Below are positions 18,604 through 28,704 of a DNA stretch of 64,000 nt, piece after piece. The position numbers and the translations under genes were made by a program. This stretch comes from Candidatus Eiseniibacteriota bacterium (GTDB lineage Bacteria > Eisenbacteria > RBG-16-71-46 > SZUA-252): NCBI GenBank assembly GCA_963703225.1, contig OY969801.1, forward strand, positions 2,848,001-2,912,000. The letters run 5' to 3'. How positions within the stretch are numbered: position 1 is the stretch's first letter; every line of letters starts with the position of its first letter. The notes under the pieces were generated by a model, which had not been told where the DNA came from, did not search any database, and saw only the letters and a program-made list of their open reading frames with translations.

Positions 18604-18749
18604 CTCGAGTATCTTAGCTCATCCGGACGGGGGCGGTCCGATCAACAGCCACGCCTCAGATCGGGGCGGCTCTGGCCAAACTGATCCGGCATGGTCTACA
18701 GTTTGTGGGTAACGGCTCTGTTCATTGTGAACCCGTTGAGGAGACCCCA

Positions 18750-19064
18750 ATGAGTGGCCCTCGTAATTCGATCAGCCACGAGATTGCTGTCGTCCGGCGC
18801 TCCCTATCCGCCCTCGACAAAGCTCTCTCGCGGCTAGCCGCCCGAGCCAGGACGACTGTGGGAAATGCGTCACAAACAGCAGTGCGCCCTCGCCGCAAAC
18901 TCAGGCTCTCCCCGAGCCGGCGCAAAGCGCTCCAGCTCCACGGCAAGTACATGGGCTATATCCGCCAGCTCAAGCCCCGGGCGAAGGCGAAGGTTCGAGC
19001 CCTACGGATGCGTAAGGGCCTGAAGGCCGCCATCGCCAAGGCGCGGAAACTCGCGGCCACCTGA
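18750..19064 (+). CDS. Small highly basic protein (possible nucleic-acid binding)
   Basis: GAGGAG RBS then ATG; R/K-rich, 104 aa. Confidence 0.7.
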   Translation: MSGPRNSISHEIAVVRRSLSALDKALSRLAARARTTVGNASQTAVRPRRKLRLSPSRRKALQLHGKYMGYIRQLKPRAKAKVRALRMRKGLKAAIAKARKLAAT

Positions 19065-19078
19065 GAGGAGGCTCACAA

Positions 19079-19270
19079 ATGGACGACACCAAAGCGATTG
19101 AATCACTAACCCGCGAGATGGAGCTGACCCGGAATGAGATGGCGGCCCTTACCGACGCCATCAACCGACTGAATCACACGACGGAGGGCGCGACGGCAGG
19201 TACCAATCGCTTGGCGGCGACAATCGAGGTAGCGCGTAAGCGCGGATTCTGGCAGCGGCTGGCGGGCTGA
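19079..19270 (+). CDS. Small coiled-coil hypothetical protein
   Basis: GAGGAGG RBS; heptad pattern; ends RKRGFWQRLAG. Confidence 0.6.
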   Translation: MDDTKAIESLTREMELTRNEMAALTDAINRLNHTTEGATAGTNRLAATIEVARKRGFWQRLAG

Positions 19271-19351
19271 CCCTCTCGAAATCGTCTGCCGGTAGCCTCT
19301 AGCGCAGCCTCACAACACGCTGGCCGTGCCGAGTCCAACGGCCTCGATGGG

Positions 19352-20095
19352 TCAGCGGACCCTCACAAGCCGCCGCACGCTGTTCACCTCGCTACTCTCA
19401 AGTCTTGCAAAATAGACGCCAGACGCCGCCATGGCTCCGTCTTGTGTCTCTCCCGTCCATGAGAGATCGTGCGTACCGGCGAGCATCCTAGCGTCTGCTA
19501 ACGTAGCGACAACTCGACCTTGGACATCGTAGATCCGCAGACTCACGTCAGCGGGCTCCCGAAGCTCAAATCGCAGCGCGACGACTTGGCCCGATGGATT
19601 TGGCGTAAGCGCGAAGCCAAGTCTTTGCTCCGTCTCTGATGGAGCAACCCCGACGACGCTGGGAGCCAGGTAGCCCGACCACGAGAAACGTGTGGGGCCA
19701 TTGTCGGGAACTTGAAGTGTGAGGCGATGGCCCGCTCGAAAGACGAGCCCGGTTGTGAGCGAAAGGTCATTGCACGATAGGGCACCGCCTCCACGTACGG
19801 GGCGGGTCAGAATGTATCGAAGCACAGTCTCGTCATACAGAAGAACTTCGTTGATGGTGGCCTCGGTCGTCATGTCCGTGAGAATGAACGATTGGCCCGG
19901 GGGTACCGTGTAGAACATCTTTTCATATCCATTCGCGAACGACACCGAGTCAACACCGCTGACCATGTTTGATGGATGAGTGACCTGCGCATTGGCAGGC
20001 GACGTTGCGGCGATGACGAGCGCGCAGAGGACTAGCGCGGCGCGTATAGAGGCTAAGAATCTAGAGCGGCGCATCGATACCGAGAGCTGGGGCAC
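19352..20095 (-). CDS. Secreted protein with FlgD-Ig/T9SS-like C-terminal domain
   Basis: AAGGAGG RBS then GTG; signal peptide; PNPS...IYDVQGR...SGVYFARL. Confidence 0.8.
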   Translation of the reverse strand: MPQLSVSMRRSRFLASIRAALVLCALVIAATSPANAQVTHPSNMVSGVDSVSFANGYEKMFYTVPPGQSFILTDMTTEATINEVLLYDETVLRYILTRPVRGGGALSCNDLSLTTGLVFRAGHRLTLQVPDNGPTRFSWSGYLAPSVVGVAPSETEQRLGFALTPNPSGQVVALRFELREPADVSLRIYDVQGRVVATLADARMLAGTHDLSWTGETQDGAMAASGVYFARLESSEVNSVRRLVRVR

Positions 20096-20186
20096 AGTCG
20101 CCTCCTTTCGACCAGGCGGGACTACCCCGCCGGCTCGACGGGAGGCTAACGGGCGCCAGGCCAACCGTCAAACGGCCCCGCGGGGG

Positions 20187-20615
20187 CTAGAACCAACTCC
20201 AGTTGTATGTGTTGGTGAAGGAGCCCCGGATACGGAGCATCTTGAAGCGGGCGCCGCTTGTGCCTGGGTAGTTCTTAAAGCTGACGTCGAAGAAGTACCA
20301 GCCGCTCGGCGCAGTCACACCTGCATCGCTTCGCCCGTCCCAATCGATGACGAAACCACCCCCATAGTTCACATAACTCCAATGCCGGAGCATGTGCCCA
20401 CGCACGTCAAACACCCTGATTTGCATCTCGGGTGGTAGCGGCGGTGGATTGAGGCTCTCGGGCATCTCGATACGGAAACGCTGCGTGAATGGGTTGGGAT
20501 ATGCGCGCCATCCAACGGGTGCGTCCGGGGAGGCAGAGGCAGGAGTCCCGGGCCAGCCGGCCAGGGGCAAGAGCACTAACGCAACCCAGAAGAATCGTCC
20601 GGAGTGGGACAGCAT
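20187..20615 (-). CDS. Secreted stand-alone FlgD-Ig domain protein
   Basis: Signal peptide followed directly by YPNPF...VFDVRG...WDGRSDAG..APSGWYF. Confidence 0.75.
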   Translation of the reverse strand: MLSHSGRFFWVALVLLPLAGWPGTPASASPDAPVGWRAYPNPFTQRFRIEMPESLNPPPLPPEMQIRVFDVRGHMLRHWSYVNYGGGFVIDWDGRSDAGVTAPSGWYFFDVSFKNYPGTSGARFKMLRIRGSFTNTYNWSWF

Positions 20616-20691
20616 GCGACCCCCGAGCCGAAGTTCGAGTCTAGCCGTTGGTAATTCTACTCCCTGGGAACGATTCCTCCTAGACTGCCCC

Positions 20692-22398
20692 TCAGAACTC
20701 CTTCTTCCCCCACCTCGGCGGCCACTCCAAGCCCTCGTGGCGCATGTCCTGGAGGAGCTGCCACATGATCGGCCGATCTTCGGGGCGGAGTTCTGAGTGG
20801 ACCCACACACTCGACTGTCGCCGCTCATGCTCTGACGCGATCCAGTCGTATGTGAAGGCCAACGAGTAGTGCTTCGTCCCTGTTCGGATGTACCGGTAGC
20901 TCTTGGCCCCTGTCTCCTCATCCTCGATCAGCTTCTTCGCGTCCGAGGCTAGGTGTTCGGCGAACTCCTCGATGAGGGGCAGACGACGCGGCAGCGCGAC
21001 TGCCCCGTCCCGGATCCCCTTCTTCGCCGAGTCCAACGCCTCCGTCCGGTTCACCTGGACGATGTGTTGCTCCTTGTCCCACTTGGCCGAGCCTTTTTGA
21101 TTCTCGTGGAAATAGTTCAACCAGACGCGACCCCGATGTCTCCCCGCAAAGGCCCTCGTCGCGTGGATTTCTGGCAGGGCGTCGATCACGCACTTCGAGA
21201 CCTTGAAACGGTCCATCAAGGAGTCGAGCTCGTCGAATCCCTGGGCCGCCCCGATGTAGAGGATTTCGCGCTTCTTTTCGACCCCCTTGGGATCGATCCG
21301 CCGGCTGATCACGACGTGAAGCTCCTTCCCCGTGTCGACGCCCATCGTGCAGGAGCGATCCGAGCGCTCGAGGAGTCCCGAGTCGCCGCAGAGGGCCAAG
21401 ACCTCGTGGGTCGAGAGCTTGTGCTCCACGTCCACCCACGGGATCCCGATCTTGAGCGTGTAGAAGCGCTCGGGGTTGCAGGTCTTCCGGTACTCGCGAA
21501 GAATCTCTCCTGGGTCGATCTTGGGACTGAAGAGCTGGGAGATGCGATAGCCGTGTACGGGTCGGCCCGGATAGTCGGCGACCCATTCTCCATCCCCGGG
21601 GTCGAGATCGCAGCCGCAAGAGGAACAGATGAGGCATCCCGACCCGTCGTCCCTCTCCCCGATCATCCGGACCTCCTCCCCGAGCTTGGTCGGGAACTCC
21701 CGCTCCGGAGCCGTCCACTTCCCGCAGCTTGGGCACCTCAGGGTCCAGTGGCGCTGGTCGCTCTCCTGATACGCCTCGTCGATCCCGTAGCCCGGGATGG
21801 AGGGGTTCGAGAGCTCGATGATCCGTCGGTAATCCGAGTGGCTGAGCCGCTCCTTGGCCAAGGTCTTGGCGTCGGGCGAGGCCTCATCCAACTCATCGAA
21901 AACCAGCATGTCCAACGGGATCGACTTCATGCCAATCGAGGACTGCATCCCGCGAAGGTAGAGATGGGCGTCTCCGATCCGTTTAAGGCCCGCCGTGTCG
22001 GTGTCGGTCAGAGCCTTCTGGAGGAACGAATTGTCCGCTACGAGCGGCGTGACCCGTGCCTTCGAGAACTCCAGGACGTCCGTCTTGGTGGGGAAGTAGT
22101 AGCCGACGTTGAGCCCGGAGAGGCATGCGTGAAGGGATCGGAGGATCGCCCAGGTGGTTCCGCCGACCTGCGAGGCCTTCGAAAGCACGACGTGGGGCGA
22201 GACGTCATCGTAGATCGCTCGGAGAAACTCATGCCCCTCGAAGGAGAAGGGCCTCCCCTCCAGCCGGATCCTTCGCTCGGACCAGAGGGCGAGGGGCTCG
22301 GAGGCCGCCCTAGTGGCCGGGCTCGTCAGCTCGGAGAGCCTGGTCCTCAGGTATCCGCGAGAGGACAGAGAGGGCGACCCGTTCTCGGATAGCTTCAT
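20692..22398 (-). CDS. Phage terminase large subunit (GpA-like)
   Basis: KASQVGGT Walker A variant, LVFDELD Walker B, CxxC pairs, MGVDTG RNase H-like nuclease start. Start codon uncertain. Confidence 0.88.
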   Translation of the reverse strand: MKLSENGSPSLSSRGYLRTRLSELTSPATRAASEPLALWSERRIRLEGRPFSFEGHEFLRAIYDDVSPHVVLSKASQVGGTTWAILRSLHACLSGLNVGYYFPTKTDVLEFSKARVTPLVADNSFLQKALTDTDTAGLKRIGDAHLYLRGMQSSIGMKSIPLDMLVFDELDEASPDAKTLAKERLSHSDYRRIIELSNPSIPGYGIDEAYQESDQRHWTLRCPSCGKWTAPEREFPTKLGEEVRMIGERDDGSGCLICSSCGCDLDPGDGEWVADYPGRPVHGYRISQLFSPKIDPGEILREYRKTCNPERFYTLKIGIPWVDVEHKLSTHEVLALCGDSGLLERSDRSCTMGVDTGKELHVVISRRIDPKGVEKKREILYIGAAQGFDELDSLMDRFKVSKCVIDALPEIHATRAFAGRHRGRVWLNYFHENQKGSAKWDKEQHIVQVNRTEALDSAKKGIRDGAVALPRRLPLIEEFAEHLASDAKKLIEDEETGAKSYRYIRTGTKHYSLAFTYDWIASEHERRQSSVWVHSELRPEDRPIMWQLLQDMRHEGLEWPPRWGKKEF

Positions 22399-22870
22399 CT
22401 ATCACGTGCTCCTTGAGGGCGGTGATGAAGAGGTCGATGAGCGTTCTCGTCTCGGCCTGGGCTTGGGCCCGGATGGCCTCTTCGGATTCCCCGTCGAGGG
22501 AGAGTCCCTTGGCGAGTCTCTGGCCCTTCTGGGCACGCTCGAGGACCGAGGCGATCCGCTCTGCGTTTCGCACGTCGAATCCCTGTGGATTCTTGATCCC
22601 GTCTGCCACCTGGCCGAGAAGCGCTTCCCAGAAGCGATAGTGCCGGACATTGAGCGCCACCCGGTCGGAGGCGATCTGCTCGGCCATCTTCTCCGCGGCC
22701 TTTCTATCGATGTGAAGTCTGAGCTCGTCCCAGCGTTCCTCCTTCCGCCACTGCCCTACCGTGTGGGGCTTCACGTGGAGATGCTTCGCGATCTCCGCGT
22801 TCGACTCCGTCGCCCCGGTTAGGAATAGCTCGCGGGCCTTCTCCCGAACCTTGGCGCTAGCTCGCGCCAT
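22310..22870 (-). CDS. HTH protein, putative terminase small subunit
   Basis: ARELFL...EIAKHLHVKPHTVGQWRKEERW HTH immediately upstream of TerL. Confidence 0.7.
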   Translation of the reverse strand: MARASAKVREKARELFLTGATESNAEIAKHLHVKPHTVGQWRKEERWDELRLHIDRKAAEKMAEQIASDRVALNVRHYRFWEALLGQVADGIKNPQGFDVRNAERIASVLERAQKGQRLAKGLSLDGESEEAIRAQAQAETRTLIDLFITALKEHVIDEAIRERVALSVLSRIPEDQALRADEPGH

Positions 22871-23531
22871 TGGGTTGAGCCTCGAGGAAATACTTGGCCA
22901 GGTTCGCGAGCCCGCGGGCCTTTCGGTCCCGACCAACGACGCCGTCCGAGGCCTGCTCGATCGCCGTGTCGATCATCTCCGCCTGTTCGTGGCTCACGAC
23001 GAAGTGGATCACGACAGGGAGCGACTTCTCCCGCTCTGCGGCTTCCTGAGCAAGTTGCTCGGCTATTTCCTCTGCCGGGAATTCGAGGAGCGAGTGGAGG
23101 TCGATGATCTCTGCCTCCGTCTCGGGAAGAAGTCCTCCCAGGTCCGAAGCAGACCATTCGCCCAAGAGCTCGTGGAGGAGTTGGGCGCGGCGAAGAGGCT
23201 GGTCCTGGCCCTCAAGGCGGTTCAAGGTCGCGAGGAGGAGCTTTGCCTCCCGATCGTCCACATCCCAGACATCGCAACGGGCCTCGGCATGGCCAAGCTC
23301 TCGCAGGATGGAAACCCGGTGGTGGCCGTCCAGAGTCTCGAACTTCCCTGCCTCGGTCGGGTGAGGGCGCACAATCAAGTACGGATAGCGGCTGGTGCGC
23401 CGGATGTGAGCGAGCAACTTCTCCCGGTACTCCGGCGACATCACGTTCGAGTTGAGGGGATGCGGCAGAAGATCGCCGAGCGGGATCTGTCGAGGACCAA
23501 TACGGCTCGGGGTACGCTCCCCTTCCATCAC
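22857..23531 (-). CDS. ParB N-terminal (ParB/Srx) domain protein
   Basis: PHPLNSNVM...LIVRP...LDGHHRV motif. Confidence 0.85.
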   Translation of the reverse strand: MMEGERTPSRIGPRQIPLGDLLPHPLNSNVMSPEYREKLLAHIRRTSRYPYLIVRPHPTEAGKFETLDGHHRVSILRELGHAEARCDVWDVDDREAKLLLATLNRLEGQDQPLRRAQLLHELLGEWSASDLGGLLPETEAEIIDLHSLLEFPAEEIAEQLAQEAAEREKSLPVVIHFVVSHEQAEMIDTAIEQASDGVVGRDRKARGLANLAKYFLEAQPNGAS

Positions 23532-24631
23532 ACCGCCACCTCACGCAGCGTGCCCTCGAGCCGTACCGGCAACGTAGTCTCTGGGTCGACGCCGATCAAG
23601 AGGAACTCGCGATTCTTCTCCCTCTTCTCCTCCGTCGCGATCGCCGGCAGGTGCTGGTAGCGGATCGCGATCCCCTTGGTGACTCGGCCCAGGCGCGCCA
23701 TCTTGGATTCAAGCTCCTCCAGGCTCGCCACGGCATTGCCGAAGGAGAGAACCCAAATGGGGATGTGGACCGCGCGCTCGAGGAGACGGTCGATCATCGA
23801 GGCGCCGTCCCGCGCCGTGAACGGACTCGTCTCGCGCCCAGAGTCACCGAGCAGCTCGTCGATAACCTTGTACTCCTTCTCGTAGGACATCACTCCGCTG
23901 TACGGCGGATCAAAATAGGCAACGTCCGCCTGGATGGTGGGCAGGAGTTCCAGGATGTCTCCCTGGATGATGCGTCCCTTGCCCTCAAACACGCCAGCGT
24001 TCGTCTTCTGCGCCAGATGCCAGAGCCGATCGATGGTGTCGAGACGGAGGGCGTTGACGTAGTGACCTAGGCAAGAAGGTGTGATCGCCTCCCACTCGCC
24101 GGTCGAGGCGCGGTGCGCCGTTCCCTTCCGGACCTGGCTCATGGGATGAGCCAGCATGGCGACGCGGCTTGCGAGCAGTCGGTAGAGAGCGGCCTTGGCT
24201 ACGATCTTCGTCCGATCGGCCGCGCAGAGCAGCCTATCCAGCGCCGCACCGACGTTCTGGGTGAACACCTCGGGCACCCGGCACATCGCCCTGGGAGTCG
24301 TCTGGTCCAGCGGGATCGCAAGAACTCGAGCTAGATCCTCCCGAGTGAGCCGCACCGTACAGTTCTCAATCAGCGCCCTGCCGATCACGATCGCGCGTGT
24401 CGCTAGATCACAGCTCACAACGCTCATGCCGAGCGCCTTCGCGTAGAGCGAGACCGACCCGCCACCGAGGAACGCGTCGAGCAATGTGAGACGGATCCAG
24501 TGTTCGCGGGGAACGACGCGATCGATCTCGCGGAAGATGATGGGGCAGAGGCGCCGCTTCCCGCCGAGATACGGCGGCAGAGCAGTCCAATACGCTTGCC
24601 GACGTGCGTGCATTGCAGATGGATCTCCCAC
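23528..24631 (-). CDS. D12-class N6-adenine DNA methyltransferase (Dam-like)
   Basis: PYLGGKRRL, DAFLGGGSVS (motif I), YFDPPY (motif IV). Confidence 0.88.
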   Translation of the reverse strand: MGDPSAMHARRQAYWTALPPYLGGKRRLCPIIFREIDRVVPREHWIRLTLLDAFLGGGSVSLYAKALGMSVVSCDLATRAIVIGRALIENCTVRLTREDLARVLAIPLDQTTPRAMCRVPEVFTQNVGAALDRLLCAADRTKIVAKAALYRLLASRVAMLAHPMSQVRKGTAHRASTGEWEAITPSCLGHYVNALRLDTIDRLWHLAQKTNAGVFEGKGRIIQGDILELLPTIQADVAYFDPPYSGVMSYEKEYKVIDELLGDSGRETSPFTARDGASMIDRLLERAVHIPIWVLSFGNAVASLEELESKMARLGRVTKGIAIRYQHLPAIATEEKREKNREFLLIGVDPETTLPVRLEGTLREVAV

Positions 24632-24779
24632 AGCCGCCCGGTGCTTCTTCAGCCACTCTCGAAATCTGAATTCAATTCTAAGGGACCCTCTGCGCTTATC
24701 ACCACCAATTCGCGATCAATCGCGTCACTTCGGTCAGAATGCTGCGCCACCGATGGCAAGTATCACAAATCGCACCGGC

Positions 24780-24960
24780 GGCTTCCGTCACTTCTGGCAC
24801 CATTCTCCAGGAGTATGCCCACGCACGAGGTGCGGGAGGTCGATCGAGGATCGTTGATCCAACAACAACCAAGATCCCAAGGGTCTTTTAAGTGATCGGT
24901 GACGAAAGTGACAATTCCCAGGCGCTTGCTAGGAGATTGGTGACAAAAGTGCCGAAAGCC
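24780..24960. repeat. 29-bp imperfect inverted repeats in a divergent intergenic region
   Basis: 24780-24808 versus the reverse complement of 24932-24960: 24/29 identical. Confidence 0.75.
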
Positions 24961-25009
24961 TTGAGTCTTGTTGTTGACTCTCGCGCCCGTTCGGTGCTTT
25001 GCTTCGGAC

Positions 25010-26002
25010 ATGGATCCGCGCTACCGCGGCGTGCCTCTGGGCCCCGCAGATTCGGTGCCCATTAGTGTCTTCGATGCCTTCTACCCTGGACAGAAGCCTG
25101 TCTGGATACCCCTTGCTACTGGTCAGCGGCGCCTCGCACTGGAGCGCCAGATCGCTGAAAACCGGGCGGCCGAGCGGCGCGCGATGAAGAAGTACCGCGC
25201 CTGGCGCAAGGGAATCTACGAACGGTCACTCACTGCGATCCGGCTCCTCGATCTTAGTTACTTGCCGATGGTTGAGCACCCGTTCCGCGATGGGGAACTC
25301 ACGTACGACCTTGAGCTCCCACTGCGCGACCGCCACGGAGAACAAGTCTTCTGTGCACACGCTTCGAACGTGGAGGAACTCGAGCTTGCGATCCAGCATT
25401 GGTTCGCGGCCCTGACCTACCCCACGCGTGCGAGGGAGGAGCCCGAGCAACACGCACCGATGCATCCCGAAACGGAGGAGGCCGAGCGTGTTCGCGTCGC
25501 GGATCATTACGTGAGGAAGATCTTTCACGAGGATCTTCCGGTCGAGCAGCGCGATGCGCTTCTCGCGGTGATCTTCCAATGCAAATGGTTCGACATACCT
25601 CCCACCAGGCTTCGCAACTATTTCCGCGGTGTGATGCGGAAAGCGGCGGTGAGACGCTACCGGATCGCGCCGATGAGGCTTGGCGGTGTCCCAGCCATGA
25701 GGTTGGATGAACCCCTTCAAACTAATCCGACGGCGACGTTAATGGATACCGTCCCCGACCCGCACTCAGGGACCGGCCAAGACCAGGGGGGGATCGGAGC
25801 GCCGTGGAGGGAGCTATGGCAGTTCTGTAGCTCAATCCCACCCTCACAACCGAAGCTCCGGAAAATGGCGGGACTCCTCCTAAATCTCCTCGATGAGAAA
25901 GAGGCGGTTCAACATTACGGAAGTGGAGGTCTCGCGCAGTTGAAGCACCTTAAGCTTCAAGTACGCGCCTGGCGGGAAACCCGAGGAAAAGCGACCGGGT
26001 AG
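25010..26002 (+). CDS. Hypothetical protein
   Basis: 330-aa ORF followed by a terminator. Confidence 0.65.
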   Translation: MDPRYRGVPLGPADSVPISVFDAFYPGQKPVWIPLATGQRRLALERQIAENRAAERRAMKKYRAWRKGIYERSLTAIRLLDLSYLPMVEHPFRDGELTYDLELPLRDRHGEQVFCAHASNVEELELAIQHWFAALTYPTRAREEPEQHAPMHPETEEAERVRVADHYVRKIFHEDLPVEQRDALLAVIFQCKWFDIPPTRLRNYFRGVMRKAAVRRYRIAPMRLGGVPAMRLDEPLQTNPTATLMDTVPDPHSGTGQDQGGIGAPWRELWQFCSSIPPSQPKLRKMAGLLLNLLDEKEAVQHYGSGGLAQLKHLKLQVRAWRETRGKATG

Positions 26003-26030
26003 CAGATTTTTTATCCAAGTCGGCTGTTTT

Positions 26031-26066
26031 GGCCGCCCTTCCAATAGGAGGGGCGGCCTTTTGTTT
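26031..26066 (+). terminator. Rho-independent terminator
   Basis: ggccgcccttcc-aata-ggaggggcggcc stem followed by ttttgttt. Confidence 0.7.
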
Positions 26067-26077
26067 GGAGGGGACAG

Positions 26078-26278
26078 ATGAAGGCGAGCGATCGGCGCCG
26101 GCTATACGAGCGAGCCGGAATCTTGATGATCACAAGAAGCATGGACCCGACACAGGCAATCATTGAGGCGGCTAGGCAACTCGGAATCGTCGGAGGGGGC
26201 GCGGCCTATCGAGGTCTAGGAACGTCGGATGGGAGAGTGAATGGCGAGCGGCCGCAAGATGAGGAACAGGGCTCGTGA
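26078..26278 (+). CDS. Small hypothetical protein
   Basis: GGAGG RBS; YERAGI motif; stop overlaps the next start (GTGA). Confidence 0.6.
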   Translation: MKASDRRRLYERAGILMITRSMDPTQAIIEAARQLGIVGGGAAYRGLGTSDGRVNGERPQDEEQGS

Positions 26279-28005
26279 GCGCGCATCGGCCTCACTTCGT
26301 CGGTGAGATTTTCGCGGGCCTTACGCCGGGCCAGCGCGCGCATGCGGAACGCATCATCGACGCATACTTCGCGAAGCACGGAGCCCTCTACCCGGAGACT
26401 GCGGACCCCGACGCCATCAGGCGGATTTGGGCGGCGGCCCGAGACGAGGCTCGCGCGCCGTCCGCGGCCCAGCCGGATCCGTCTGGCCAATGCCCGGAGG
26501 GATGGCAGGAGCCGATACCGCTTACTGACATTCGGGGGCTCCCGGACTTTCCTACCACGCTCCTCCCAACGTGGCTACGCAACTTCGTCGATGCTGTCGC
26601 GACTGAGATCCAGACGCCGCGCTGCGTGCCCGCCATGATCTGCTTTTCCGTCCTATCTGCCGCGCTAGCCCGTAAGGTCGCGATCCACGTGCGGGACAAC
26701 TGGGCGGAGCCGCTCAACACCTACGTCGCGATCGCGCTCGGCCCATCGAACCTCAAGACTCCCGCATTCAAGATGGCTTGCTCTCCGCTCGAAATATTCG
26801 AGCGGACAAAGGCTGCGGAGTTGCGACCGGCAATCGTCCAGTCCGAGAACGCCCGCGCGAATCTCCACGCGCTGCTTGAGGCGACGAGGAGGCGGGCCGC
26901 CCGCGGGAAGACGGAGGTGGAGCGGCGCGACGCGACGCGCGAGACGGAGAAGCTCGCCGAGCAGCTCGCGGACCTCCGCGTCCCTCGCGCCCCCCAGCTA
27001 ATCGCGAACGACGTGACGGAAGAATCCCTAGGCAAGCTACTCGCGGAGAACGACGGCCGCATCGCTGTCATGTCCGACGAGGGCGGGCCATTCCGCAACA
27101 TGGCGGGGCGATACCAGAAGAACGGAGCTCCCGTCTTCGAGAGCTTCAAGCATGGTCACAATGCGGGCACCGTGCGAGTCAATCGCGCCGGCCGCGAGCT
27201 GGTCCACGTGCCTAACGCGGCGATCACGCTGGCGCTCATGGTGCAACCGTCCGTCCTCCGCTCCCTGAGGCAAACGACCGAGTTCCGCGGCGAGGGCCTT
27301 CTCGCGAGATTTCTCTACGCCGTGCCGGAGAGCATGGTCGGAACCCGGAATTTGCGGGCCCAGGGAGTACCGCTCAACGTTGCACAGGAATACCGGGACC
27401 GAGTGACGGCGCTGCTGTGCCTGCCCTTCGGAACCAACGAGGACGGAGCGGCCGCACCAAACTTAATGGAGCTGACGGCCGAGGCACGGGAGCGACTGAT
27501 CGCGTTCCGTGAAAGCCTCGAACCGCGCCTGGGCCGGGGAGGCGACCTCTCCCACGTAGCTGACTGGGCGGGAAAGCTTGCCGGCGCGACAGGCAGGATC
27601 GCCGCGCTCCTGCACCTCTCGGAACTTGCTGGCGGGCCCGAGCCGTGGCGTACGCCCGTCACGACCGAGGCGATGGATGCCGGGGTCGCGATCGCACAGC
27701 AGTTCCTCCTCCCGCATGGCCTCGCCGCGTTCTCCGTGATCGGCGGCGGCCAGACATCGGACCTCGCCGAGGAGATCCTTGGCTGGATCCGCCGCCGTCG
27801 CGTCGGCCAGTTCACGAAGCGCGACCTGCATCGGCACATGCGAAGGCAGGTGGAGGGTTCGAAGGAGTGGGACGCGCCGCTCGGATTACTCGTGGAGCAC
27901 GTCTGGGTCCGGGAAATCGAGGGCGAGCCAAACCCGAAGGGCGGACGCCAGTCCAAGGAGTTCGAGGTCAACCCCGCGGTCTTCACGGAAAGAGGTGCGC
28001 CGTGA
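26275..28005 (+). CDS. YfjI/DUF3987 family protein (putative replication ATPase/helicase-like)
   Basis: WAEPLNTY..ALGPSNLKT, DVTEESL, MSDEG, VQP, GLLARFL motifs; C-terminal winged helix. Confidence 0.85.
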   Translation: MSAHRPHFVGEIFAGLTPGQRAHAERIIDAYFAKHGALYPETADPDAIRRIWAAARDEARAPSAAQPDPSGQCPEGWQEPIPLTDIRGLPDFPTTLLPTWLRNFVDAVATEIQTPRCVPAMICFSVLSAALARKVAIHVRDNWAEPLNTYVAIALGPSNLKTPAFKMACSPLEIFERTKAAELRPAIVQSENARANLHALLEATRRRAARGKTEVERRDATRETEKLAEQLADLRVPRAPQLIANDVTEESLGKLLAENDGRIAVMSDEGGPFRNMAGRYQKNGAPVFESFKHGHNAGTVRVNRAGRELVHVPNAAITLALMVQPSVLRSLRQTTEFRGEGLLARFLYAVPESMVGTRNLRAQGVPLNVAQEYRDRVTALLCLPFGTNEDGAAAPNLMELTAEARERLIAFRESLEPRLGRGGDLSHVADWAGKLAGATGRIAALLHLSELAGGPEPWRTPVTTEAMDAGVAIAQQFLLPHGLAAFSVIGGGQTSDLAEEILGWIRRRRVGQFTKRDLHRHMRRQVEGSKEWDAPLGLLVEHVWVREIEGEPNPKGGRQSKEFEVNPAVFTERGAP

Positions 28006-28206
28006 CGCACCCGGAAGAGTCGAATGAACTTTCCGACGAAGGCCTGCTCGCAGGGCTCGCCTCGATTCTGGCCACAGGCTACCTCCGCCTCCTCCTCAAC
28101 CAGGCGCCAAGCGCCCCAACTCTGGCACCGGGCGCGGCTTGTGGGCCGGCGAAATCCGTCAATCCTCCAGTGGATGTTCTCTCGCGGGAGAGCCCCAATT
28201 GTGGGG

Positions 28207-28704
28207 ATGGACGCCCCCACAAGCAGAGAGCCGCAGGCCGTCTTGATCGCCCGGCTGGCCGAGATCCAGGGCTGGAAGACGGGCCGGCTTCGGGAGGAGC
28301 TGACCCGCCTGTCCGGGTCGCCCGCAAGATCGTGGAACCGGCCATACCTGGTCCGGAAGGTCTCGTGGCTAACCCAGGCGAGAGAGCGTCAAAGTTCCGA
28401 CGGCGTCGAAGTTCCGACGCTTGTCCGCGAGGTTCGGGACGTGCCGAGGAGTCCGCGGCTCGACGCCCTTATCCGCGTCCTGCCGAACCGGGGCGTTCAG
28501 GATCCAAGACTCCCGAGGCCGGGTTCCGTGATCCTCCGCGATTACCGCGGGCTCCGGCTAACCGTGACGGTCCTGGAGCGAGGGTTTGAGTGGAACGGGC
28601 AGATCTACTCCTCCCTGACCGCCGTCGCCAAAGCGATAACCGGGACCCACTGGAACGGTCGACTATTCTTCGGCCTCTCACGACGGAAGCGGGATTCGAA
28701 GTGA
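28207..28704 (+). CDS. DUF2924 domain protein
   Basis: PRPGSVILRDYRG...GFEWNGQIYSSLTAVAKAITGTHWNGRLFFGL. Confidence 0.88.
   Translation: MDAPTSREPQAVLIARLAEIQGWKTGRLREELTRLSGSPARSWNRPYLVRKVSWLTQARERQSSDGVEVPTLVREVRDVPRSPRLDALIRVLPNRGVQDPRLPRPGSVILRDYRGLRLTVTVLERGFEWNGQIYSSLTAVAKAITGTHWNGRLFFGLSRRKRDSK

Noticed and set aside
19271..19285. ctcgaaatcgt motif shared with ~32625
   Set aside because: About 11 bp with no further context; compatible with chance.
28002..28589. Small ORF between DUF3987 and DUF2924 (LAGLASILATGYLRL)
   Set aside because: Plausible short gene, but the frame runs ~380 bp into DUF2924, so its boundaries cannot be supported.
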